Part shown: piece by piece, positions 13,681 through 26,100 of the stretch
Layout of the letters: every line of letters starts with the position of its first letter
Position numbering within the stretch: the stretch's first letter is position 1
Origin: Tubiluchus corallicola
Lineage: Eukaryota > Animalia > Priapulida
DNA length: 64,000 nt
Assembly: GCA_030141605.1 (NCBI GenBank)
Contig: JAQGDQ010000145.1
Location: 186,001-250,000 of the forward strand
Reading direction: 5' to 3'
Made by a program: the position numbers and the translations under genes
The notes under the pieces: model-generated
Databases searched by the model: none
The model's input: the letters and a program-made list of their open reading frames with translations, nothing else
What the model was told of the DNA's origin: nothing

Positions 13681-16600
13681 CGAACTCCACCGCGGAAATT
13701 CCCTCCTCTCAGCATTTAAAAAATGTGACAACAGTATTAACACGTACTAAATGACCGTGTTATTACAATCATCGAAAAGCATAATGCTGGAATGCTTTCA
13801 TGTACAATTGTATAACATCAAAGGTTCCCCTCAGTCTTGTTGGACTCAGCTCAGTTTTGCATTTATAATGCCTATTTGCGATAAAAACCTCCGAAGTGTA
13901 AGGTATATTGTTTACTTAGATTAAAAAACAGTTTTAACTGAAGGTTTTGGTCAGAAATTTTTTATCAAAATTTCAGCTTTTGGCAAAAAATTATGTTTGA
14001 AACACGAACACGTTGTAAATCAATTTCTGTCTCAAATCTCAAATTTTATGTTCCAGAAAGCTGAACTTCACAGAAAATATAGCCGGAATATATATGATCT
14101 CTGATGTAGTAAGTTTACAATTACCCATTTTAAAGAAAATTGCAGCTAGTTTCAATTAATTAAAAAAGCAGAGGATTTCCACATACAAACGATTATTTTT
14201 GCAGTAACCGTTCTCATAACAAGAAAGAACAAAAAATTCCAAATCCCAACAAATAATTAGACAATAACGAGCTGTTATGCAAAATAAACTACAACTGTTT
14301 ATACACTAACAGTCTAGCAACACACAATAAGTTTCTACTTTCTACTGTTCACACACGTTTCTGTTGTAATAATTGCTCCTAAGACCTGATATACAGAGCC
14401 TTCGTGCTGAACAGCTGTTGGAGAATAAGTGTTCGTTTGAAACAAAAGTTATTGCAGATTCAGACCACAGGGTTAATAAAGCTGGGACAATACAAAATAG
14501 TTAACGTGTGATTGTCTCAGCTCAGCCAAAGCTTGAGGTTAAGTCAAATAACTCCAGTCGCCTAAATTAATATTTTTCTTTTATTAAAGCTCTTTTGCTA
14601 GTTAAAGTAACTGACTGCAATGAGGTCATACAATTTTGCAGCATTCATAGGCTTCCTACAGGCCTACACACAAACAACACAGATAAACAATGCTTGAAGA
14701 CTGTTGCTAAAAAAACAATATTACAAGTGAAACCTCTGACAAAACGTTAAAATATACCGGTCGGTAGGCAGGCAGACTGTAGGGTGTCCCACCACACGAT
14801 CACACTTTTGTAGATTACAATTCATACATAGTAGTTTTGCTCAAAGCCAGACTCAGACTTATGCAGAATTACAATGACAAAAACTATACCCGCTACCACC
14901 AATTATGCGCAAACATTCCACACAGGTCTTGCTTGTGCAGAAATAATGTTCCTGGTTTGTCCCAACAACAATGTAGGGCTAAAAGTCCCATGTACGCATT
15001 CTGCATGCTTTGTCATCCAAAAGGTGGCGAAGTGAGGTATTATCAGCAAATAGCAGTACCTCAGTTACTGTTTTACGTTAAATTACAAGTAACTGACTGA
15101 AAATAAAAGTTTATTTGTACCAGGCCACACACATATAAAAACAAAGTGTTTTATCAGAATTGAAACAAGACATTGGAAACGAAACACTGATATTTTGCTT
15201 AGCACTTCGTCTTGTGCAAAGATATCTTAAAAATTGCAACGTTTCGATGTTTGTTACAAATTACAGTACTATTCTTTGTAAATAAATAACCAAACAATCT
15301 AAATGTTGCATTTCCAGCCATAATTTTTAATTTTTATTTTCAATTCAGGAAACACTGATGGACTGCAGTTTCAGCAACATGTCTGTAAATGAACCAGGAA
15401 AGTGCGTAATAATAGAGCTAACAACAAATGTCATTAAACGTTGTGAAGCCAAATATGACCAAAAATAAGGAAATGTGAAAAATGGAGTCTAAATCTCGAT
15501 TTGAACCAGAAATCTCTGGATTTGAAAGCTTAATATGCTTTTTTGCATTTTCATTCTGTTTAGTGGAACGTGAAAAAACTAACAGATACAGGCTCATTTC
15601 ATCATTAATGACAATTTTGAGATTAAAATTATAGATAATTAAAAAACCTGTACAAACCTGTGCCTTGTTGTGACATAAAATATGCAATTTCTAAACAGAA
15701 TCAGGCCAAATTTGAACAAGTGAGATAGAAACTTCATAACAATCAGATGGCTCAAGAGAAGTCTTCCGCACTATATTTGTATTATAATATCAACCAAGTC
15801 AAAAGCCACAAGGCTTTTTCACACGGAAGCCTTAAATACATACCATAAAATAAGTACTCTATCACACAGATTTAACTAATATATTAACCACTTGCTTTAT
15901 ATTGTCCAGCAATACATTAAACGATTTAATAAACTCAAAAACGATCACAAACTTCAATCAAAAAATTTACTAGTAGTTATAATATTTACCGCATAAATAT
16001 CACATAGCTAAAAATAATAATTGCAAAGTTAAATTAATACAATTTACTGTAAGACTACATAAACACACTAGACTGTTGATTAAAGCTGCACTTAACAAGC
16101 ATGTAGGTACTTCATAGGCCAGTTTACAGCACAGCTGATTACATAGCAAGTAAACAAACTAAACAAATATACATACGAGTTTAAGTGAGGAATTGAGGAG
16201 TGCTTAGCATCATTATTAATATAACTTCAGCCAAATATTCTTTCATGGAATGATTCTAAACAAGTATCTAAAGTCTTATCACAAACAATAACGGTTTAGT
16301 TAGAAATAACATACACCTGAATTCAAAATTTCAACAATTGAAAACCCATTTCTGCACATCATACATGTACTTGTTGTCTAGTTATCACTGAACTAGATAA
16401 ATCGAATAGACTATATGGGGAAACACTGTTAAGCTACATTCAGACAGTAGGAAAATAAGAGTGCAAATTTCAACAATGTACTGCTAATCTCAGCCTACTT
16501 CAAAACACATTTGCTGTATATTTTCAATAGGTACAACATCAGAATGTACTCTGGCAAGTTCTTCTGTCCTACATTTGAGCCAAAAATGTCTTTTTTGAAC

Positions 16601-17116
16601 AAGGTTCTTGACATCTGAACTTGGCTTTACATAAGTCACTTAGCAATGTTGTCAGTAAGGTTAAACATTGTCAAGGGCTTGTAAAATATAGGCAAAATGT
16701 GGCGGTATAATTCAATTAACATGTCTTAAAAACCAAGTAGTGAAATCGACGTTGGCTGAACAGAAAATAAAATTTTTAAATTATGCTTTCTAACACATCC
16801 TGAGCAAAGTACAGTCATTACAGCATAAATGAATCAAGATGAGTAATGAGAAAATATTACAATATTAAAAAATTAAAAATCAGATGCACTGGGTAAAGAA
16901 ATTCTTGTGTTTCCGTAGGCATTAAAATATTCTTATCTTTTCATAACTTTGTATCGAAATCTTTTTCTATGTGATAGTTATTCTTAAATATGTAGTAATC
17001 CAACAAGATAATAATGTATATTCATTACACCTCTTAATAGTTTTTCAAACAATTTCCATTTCCACTGAATCCAGCGAATCTACATGGTGCCCCGTTTTAA
17101 TCGCAAAAGTCAATGT

Positions 17117-20100
17117 TCATAGATAAATATCTGGACACTCTTTCCAGTCTTGCTTCTCCTTTGATTCCCAGTAATTTCCTTTGTACATGTGGATCAAGTT
17201 ACCAGTGTACTGATCACATTCCTTTTTAAACCAAACGGGTTCGTATGGTTGGAAAAGACGACCTAAAAGAAAAGACATTAGCAGCTTCCCTTAGCTACAA
17301 AATTTTTTACTTAATCTTCTGCATCACCGCAAAACATTTCACTAAAAACACAAATTATTCCCATTCTCAATAAACACCTATTATGATCCAGTTTTAGTGA
17401 AAATTAAATGCTTACAAAAAACAAAATCAACACAGTTGTGCTTAAAATGATGTATGTCCAAATTTCACAGATTATGAAATACTTTATTTATCTCTAATAT
17501 TCAGTGATTTAATTTAATATCAAACCAGAAAAATTCATCTAACAATTATTACTTTATTGTGTTGCAATTCAGTTACTGATTTGGTACATTAGTGAGTTAG
17601 TGGTTTAGCCAGTGATGGTTGCTAAATTACATAATGTTATGAAGCAGATAAAAGAAAACGAAGACTTCGCATACATACTTTCTGCTGCTGCTGCTTCGGC
17701 TTCGGCTTCTCTTTCCCTCCGCTTTGCCCTTTGCTTCTCCTCTAATCTTAACTTCACCTACAAATGGATTGCTTACTGGTTTAGTAAAACAGCATGGGTA
17801 AACAGCAGAGCCCAAAGACAACAGAAAACATTTAGCTACAAAGAGAAGCATTTACCAAGTATAAATCTAATATAGCTTTAACATTGGACAATTTAGCCTA
17901 TTTTACATAAATTGGATTACCGTACTGCCAGGGATGTTACTGAAATGAAAATTTTGTTTCTTCTTACCGATAACTGTATTTTCGCAGCCTAAACTTTCCA
18001 TAATTTTCGGTATCATTTTTCCGAGGCTTTAGTAGTATTTATCCACCTTACCTTTTTTATACTAGATGTTAAAAGTTGTTGAGTCCACAAAGTGTAAATA
18101 TCGCTTATTTAACTTTTGTAGCATTTGTAGCATGCTTTAAACTGCAATGCAGCATACGTTCAGTACTGACGACTGTCAAGCTTTAAGGTTTCCAGGCACA
18201 ACCAACCGAAATAAAAAAGTGTAATTTGAATAAAACCAAGTTTAATTTTATAATTTATGAAATATAGGCAACAAAATATGATTTGTGAATTTTATGAAGC
18301 ATCGTGATCTCTAACCATAAACATTGTTCTATTTTTTTGGTTAGGATTCTTTGCTTAGCTACTTTATCAAGCTTGTATCAGAGCAAATAAAAGCAAGCAA
18401 GCAAAACAAAGTATTTTATTCATTTCAGAATTTTTTTCAGTTTTGACAGTAACTGGTTTTGCAAAAATTATTTCAGTTCGGTTTCATTTCGGTATCGGTT
18501 TCCTATGTTTCATAAATTTCGGTTTTGGTTTACAATTTCAGCTTCGGTAACATTCCTGTGTACTACATGAAAGTCTGTACTACATGTACTACACAAATAC
18601 GCTCCAAGTTAATAAAGTCTTGATTTCATAAACAACGTAACATGAGATGCATACATCATTAGCATCGTCAAATTTGCCCTCCTCCATGAGCCGTTGATCT
18701 GGACGTAATCGCGAATCTGTCGGGCAAACTCCTTCTTCCGGTTCATTCAGCTGGCAAGCTAACTTCGTGAAGTGATATCGTCTTGCTGCTTCAGACCTAA
18801 AATAAATTATTAACTTTTCACAAATTATGTATTTGACCGGTGCACAAATTTAAGACCAATGCAACATGAACATTCACATTCCAGTCTTTCTTAACAATGA
18901 TGGCTACATTAGAAAATTGGAGTAACACTTAATACAACAGATAAATCAAGACCAATGGCCTCTCCGGTCACAAAATTGCTCACAGGTATAACAAAATTTT
19001 CCTTACATTTTTTACAATTTGATCAGAAACTCCATAATGTCATTTTAACTTACAGTTTTAACTGCTTGAAATAGGAGATCATCAACATTCCTGCTGAATG
19101 CGCGATTATGATGAAGTTGATATAAGTTTGTATCATTGAGAATTTTCTAGTCCAAACACAGAAAGTGAACATGACAGGGAAAAGGCAGGCTACCCTTCAA
19201 ACTTTAGTCAACACACCCAAGAAGCCTCACTATAATTTCTAAAGTAAAATGTCAAATACAACAATCCAGGATAAGCTATTGCATTAGCGATAGGAATTTT
19301 AATAAGAAATAAGATGAATTTGGTGGACAAAATAACACTCTGATTTTTTAAAATTATCTTTGATTCTTAGTTATTCGAGTTATTGACTGAAGCATATTAT
19401 TCACAAAAATACACAATCGAATGAAAATAATTGCCAACATGAGGTAATATAAACATTAAAAACAACATATAAATGAAGTTAAGAGGGATAAATCCAGTGA
19501 GCTGCTTCAGTGGGCATAGCAACTGAGCTATTTTAGTCATCACTTAAAATTATTAAATTATTTAAAACATAATTACGGAGGATAACGTCTCTTCCAAAGC
19601 AGAACAGATGGCCCCGTCTCCAAGAATGGTTGCCCATCTTTCGTAGATCCAATCGTATCCAACACCTTGGCACCTTCTATTCTATCATCCCAGTGTCCGG
19701 ATAATACCCAGTGGACTTTGCCTTCTGCATCTGTCACAACACCAGTGACCTAATAATAACCGATAACCAAAATATTAAAATAAATCTACAAAATGTTTAT
19801 ATTTGCAAATTCAGACATGACCAGTTCCATATTAGCATTAAGACACAGTTTGCCCTAACCAAATTTTTAGTTTTCATATTGAACCACTATGAAAGAATAA
19901 TAGTAATAGTAGTATTTTATTGACAATAATAATATTATAGTTCATCAATAACATTACAAAAACTGACACCCAGGAGTTAGAAAAAAAATGTCAAGAACAA
20001 ACACCAACACAACAAATTTTCAAACTTGCTGACAAGAATTTACCACACATTTTACTAATTGGCTCAGATATTCTACAATGTACAATAGCATGCGACTGGT

Positions 20101-23100
20101 CTTGAATAGAGACATTATCGCACCTGCTTACCCCATTATCAGGAAAAATGAGTGACCTGGCCCATCTACCAGTCTCAATCCTCAGATGATGAGAGGATAG
20201 CATAAACTTACTAAAACTGATTTGTAAAAGAATAAAGAATTGGGGAGATCAGACGACGAAATTGCATGTTGTACTAATGCAGGGTTCAGGGCTATATATC
20301 AAAATTGTTTACACTTTTAGCCCAAATATTATCTAAAATGTTGTCGGGAACGTAATCATAACACTTACGAAAGGACTTAACTGCATGAGAGTGACGACGT
20401 GAATTAGTAATTATCTGCCTGACAAACATTAGGGATTCATTATAAACTGAAGATTACCAAGCTTTTTATCCAAAAACTGTTTTATGTTTTTTTCAAAATT
20501 ACGTCTCTGACATTAGCCATGTTTGCTTCTATGAGATACAGACCAGCAAGACTATGCGACTGCTAACATACCTTTCTTGGGGGCTCGCGAGAGAAATAAC
20601 TATATGGATAGTACTTTAAATGGCAATTGTCCTTTGTTTTGTGATTAACGATATCCATTTCGCCTGACTGGTCAATCCAGAGTTTGCCTACGATGATATT
20701 ATGTACTGTAGTCATAACCTGTCAATAAAAACAAAGTAAAATATAGATAAAAACTGTTTAAACCACAAAAAAGTACACAATGTTGTGCTTTGCTCATTTT
20801 TGAGCAAACATTTGACAAACATTTACACCCCTTACAAGTTAATATGACTGAATCTCAGAGAGAATTATCACATTTTTTAATTTGAGGATCATTACGACTG
20901 TTGACATTCCATGACACAACTACGTAGTACACAAAATTTACAAAACAGTCGAAATGAGCAACCTATGTATAAGATAAAATACCCTCTAAGCATAATATTT
21001 ATGAGAAAAGTCAGGCTCAAAAAATCCAAACTCTGACATGATTCTTCAACTGCTCTAGTATTATTACTTTACTTAATAATTTTTTTGAAATACTAGCCCG
21101 ATATATTTCCACTGTTTCAACGATGAAATACATAAATCTAAATGTTGTAGGACATCCCATTTTCAAAATCTCCAAAAGTGCAGTGTTTGAGTCTGCGTTA
21201 TCAGATATCAGATTATCAGAAATGCAACATAAGGTTCTAGATACCTAACTAATTTTTAGTTATCAGTAAGTAACAGCATACTGTATTAAGTAAATACTCT
21301 TGAAAAAGTATGAAAGAGTATAGCAAAACAAGGGCAAAGAAGCGAATTAAAAGCTTTAGCCCATGTCAGTAACAGCTGCACTGTGAGTAAGCGCAGATAA
21401 CAGCTTGAACTGAACTTACCTTTTTCCACGAATAACAATTACCATCAGCAAAGTGCAAAAAGTTCAAGCCTTTTGGTTCAATGTTAATATGTTTACCACG
21501 AAAAAAACTGGTGACGCAGAACTCCTTCTGCAGTTTCCAACCCCTTCCCTCTGCGTAACTGGCTGCTACAGGAGGATGGTGACTAACCTACATACATAAA
21601 ACACACATGCACCATTCTTTACCTTCCGCCACGTGTAATGGTTGCCTGTCTTAGGGAATTCTAGATGCGCTATCCCTAAAGGGATAATATTCAGGTACTT
21701 TCCGCGAAATTTGCTTGACATGGTGAATTCTTGGTACATTTTCCAATGTCGGCCCTCAGTATATTGTGCAACTGCTGGCGGATGATGGCTGACCTAAAAT
21801 GGACAAAAACCTACAGTTGGTTGGAACACACTGGAGCTCCCACAAGTGAGCCACACTATTGGACACAATAACTCGAAAACATTGTGTGCTTCAAACACTG
21901 TATGCTGTAGTCTTATAAACATTAACCCTAGCAAGAATTAAGCAGACACAACAGAACTCATGCTATTTTGCCATGGATAAATAGGCAGTGTAAGAATTTG
22001 CCTTGGTGTAAAGTATATTCAGTTAGAAAGAGTGGTACAGACACATTTGACATTGTTGCAAACAAATTAAGTGCAGTTGCCATCTTATAAATATTATCTT
22101 TAATGTGCAATGTGATTCTGGAAAGATATCCTTCTATAAATTAGAAATTTTTTCTTTCAAGCCTTCTGGTCCATTCTAGATAACAATATTTTTGATCTCT
22201 TTTTTCAGTTTTTTGCAGGTTCCTCTGGTTTTAGTAAGAAAAAACAAATGCATTTCCAACTTATGTCTCTAGTCTTATTGTGAACTGTGAATGAATCAGC
22301 TCATCATTAATGCTGAGTCAGTGTTTCTAACAAATTGGTGCTATGAGGTAATACGTATCATATATATATATATACATATATATATATACACACACACGCA
22401 CACGCACACGCACACACACAATAGTGCAAATCACTAAAGCAAGATGAGGCTGGATACTGACAAATATGAGAAAAAGGGTACATGTGACAGACAGGTCACC
22501 TTAGTTTTCAAAAGCTGGGTTTGAACAAAATTCTGTAACACTCTCATGACACACACTTGCTCTAGTATCAAACAACTAGATGTGATGAAGTTCTCATAAA
22601 CATGGTGTTTATCATTTGGTAAAAACAGGCAGAACCATCACAATTTCTTTAACATGTTCACACATTAGATTCCTTCATCAAGCAGGAGTAATGTTTTACA
22701 CACGCAATCAAAACCGCAGAAAAACACTGAAATGAGTTGAACAAGTCTTTGGCTTATATTTACATTGTCATTAAGCACTGAAAGTGTAAAACCAGGCTTA
22801 CACGGGGTTCACGATTTCAGTGATTAAGTCCAACAGTCGCCAAACATTTGCCGAAAGTTCACCAAACATTTGCAAGTGTTCGTCGTTATCGCAAAAAGCC
22901 CGCCAGCTTCAGAAAATTTTTTAAAAATGTTTAAATGTCGCCAGAGTCGCAAAACTGTCTCAAAGATGTTATAACATTCGCCAAGCATTCGCAAACTTTT
23001 CGCTATGTTCGTCAACATTTTCAAAATTCACGAAAACTTGGCAAACATTTTGGGACTGTGTGCGACAGGTTTGCAACTATTTTTCGAACCATTTTGCAAC

Positions 23101-26100
23101 AGTTTGGCGAACCACGGTAAAAAATCCGTAAAATGATCACAAAATACTCGCACAAAACATTCACCATGTCCCAGAAGTCACCAAATATGTGAAACATGTT
23201 GTGCGAAGTTCGTGCATCATTTTCACGATTTTTGCTTGAGAAAAAAGCCCCAAATTTGCAAAAATGTGGCAAAAGTTGCGTGAATGATTTGCAACAAAAC
23301 ATAGTCACGGGAATCATTTGGCGACTGTTGGACTTCTCGCAAAAAAGTCGCTTCCTTGTGAAACTCTGGCTTAAGTGCTGAATTGAAAATTGCTACTGAA
23401 AAATTGAATTATGCTTCTATGTTTTACAAAAGGTAAAATAATACAAATTACCTTTTATAGCTAATAATGCAGAATGTGTATAACCATGTCAAAAAATATT
23501 TAATTCGATGTAGTATGTAGAGTTAGCATTACGTCAAATTAAGTTAGTCATCACTACCAGAAATGAATAGATTTGCCATGCAAGAAAACAGTAGAAGAAA
23601 AAATTCAAAATAATAGAAAAAACAAGCAATCATGTCTCAGGAGGATCATAAGCGTTTTCACAGTTCCAGCAATTGACGATGATCATGAAAAGGTCAAAGG
23701 TTAAGTGAACGAGACAATGCATTTGTGTACACTTGAGAACGCCTCGCAGCCCATGCTTTGTAATAGTAACAATTTTAACACCTAGCTAGAACATTACCTA
23801 GTTAATTTTTTTCTTGTTCCCATGCAAGATTCTGCTAGTAAATCACTCTACGCACAGACTAATGTATAATTAAGTAAAGTCCATGTAAAAAACAACTGAA
23901 GTTAATGAACAGACGCGGGAGACGCCTTGCCTTACATACATGTCACCTGGTGATTTATGGATTTTACATGAAGATGGGTTTTGGTAAAACCGCAGCCAAG
24001 CCCTATTGTTCAGTATTGTGCAAAAATATGTAATACCTACTTAACAATGATCACGGCTAGTCGACTTCATAATAGGCTTGGTCCATTGTGGGCAGGTGTT
24101 AACGAGGTTAGCCTCATGTTGCGTTTAGGCAACCAAAATATTCAATCGGATTTTGCTCCAATGTTATTTTACTTTAATTTAATTTAATACTGCTCTAATT
24201 CTACTTCAGTGTGATTTTAATTACTGTGGCTTTAATTTACATTCTATCTCAAGGTGATTTTAACTAAGCATTGTGGTTTTTAACTGCATTCTATTTTTTA
24301 ACTAGATCGTTTTGTAACTAGTGCGGTACAAATCATGCTACTCATACTGGAATTAAAAAATGATGAATGTTTCTGATGTGACATGGATCATGGTTTAATT
24401 TAACTTAAATTAATTTAAACTTAGTTAGTAACGTGAAAATATTCTGTGTTATTGTCTAATGTACGCTTGATTGTCATCCTTGATAAGTAATGCCACAGCT
24501 CAGCAGTGTTTTCAGCTGCCGCAAGAGCTACCTAGAGGTGAACGAATGTGGGTTTTGTTATCAGCTAATCGTTTAGTGGCCGGTTTTGCCATGTGCGGTT
24601 AAAGACGCATTGCTGGGGTTCACTTAACTTTTGACCTACAGCAACTGTGATTGTACATAGCAAAACTGCAAAAAGGCTTACTGCAAAAGAAAACTGCTGT
24701 TTATATAAATGCTAAAGTAATGAGAAATTGTAAAAAATCAGTAATAACTAAAAGTGCTTATGCTTAAACTACACTTTGTCAGCCCACCACATGACTGTTG
24801 TTCACCAGTTAGCATATCTATAAAAATTAACAGGAAAATTTTCTGGAGAAGATGTGAGGGCAAAGAACCGAACCTGGGAACCCCAGACAGGCAAACCATC
24901 ACAATGTAGATACTGATAATTACAAATTTAGGCCGTTTATATGTAAAAAAAATTATCTACAGTGGAACTAAAACTTTTATTAGTTACATGTTAGTTACTA
25001 TGTTACGTATGTATGTAGTATAATTACAAACATATTATAATGAGCACTGTTCAATGCCACATTTTATCAAGTCATTAAAACTGTAGTACTTCTTGTATCA
25101 TAACAAAATTAAAAACATACCACCTACCTACTAAAATTAATAACAGACTCACTATACAGAAAAAACACTAATATCATGTTAAGACAGTGTTAATGAACTA
25201 TGTGAAAACTGTCTACCTTTACTCTAAAAACTAAAGAAAAAAATGCAGTGCTAGTTATGACAAATAAATAAAAATGCTGCAAATGAATAAACAAAATAAA
25301 ATATTGCACACCACAGTCTCTAACAAAAAAGTAGACAGTGCATTCTGCTTTTTATTTCCAAATGTACATCAACATTCAAAAATCTAAAAAGATAATTTTG
25401 CTACATTTGCAAGTACACAATTATCTCAAAACAAATGTAGCATTAATTGTAGGTACAAAACACTAGTGTGTCATCATGAATACTTTATAGCAAAATAGCA
25501 TTTTGTCTTTCAGCCAAGAGAGTTGCAAGTACTGACCAATTTGTATATATTTCTGCTGAAATTTTACACTGCAGTTCTCAATGTACTTGACAATATTTTA
25601 AGTGAGTATGATTGTAAAAAAAACATACCTGTTCAGAAAGAGCACGCCATCCCAAGTCGTCTCTTCTGTCACACTCGAAGGTTTCCCCGAGTAAAGGATT
25701 AAAAGGTTTAGATGTGCGTGTGGTAGTGGTCGAATACGAAGAGACAGTGAATGCTGCCACGTATGCAAGCTGTTCTTTGGGATCAGTACATTTAGCTGCT
25801 TTATCCAAGATTGAGGAATACTCGAAATCCTCTGTCAATCGTTGCAGCATAGAAAGTGGCTCATTAAAATTCACCTGGAGATAAGGCAAAAATCCAAATA
25901 CATTTAATACCAATACCTTTAAAGATACAAACATCAAAATTCATAGGCCTTTAAATTAAAGTGAAAGTTTAAGATAGTTCAGGAAACCATCAAACGGAGC
26001 TTGATTTTTCTAAGACCAGACGCAAATGTTGCAAATGGTTAATCAATTGATTACTATGCATTAGTGAAGTAGTGGCAGGACAGATTCGCTGATTTAATCA

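Noticed and set aside
13232-13743. Overlapping Cys/His-rich ORFs and a CRISPR-like regular repeat
   Set aside because: A head-to-tail 35-bp minisatellite with no unique spacers; the ORFs simply cycle through the three frames of the unit; eukaryotic context.
22824-23381. Four overlapping 60-98 aa ORFs
   Set aside because: They lie within a MITE made of degenerate repeats and show no protein motifs.
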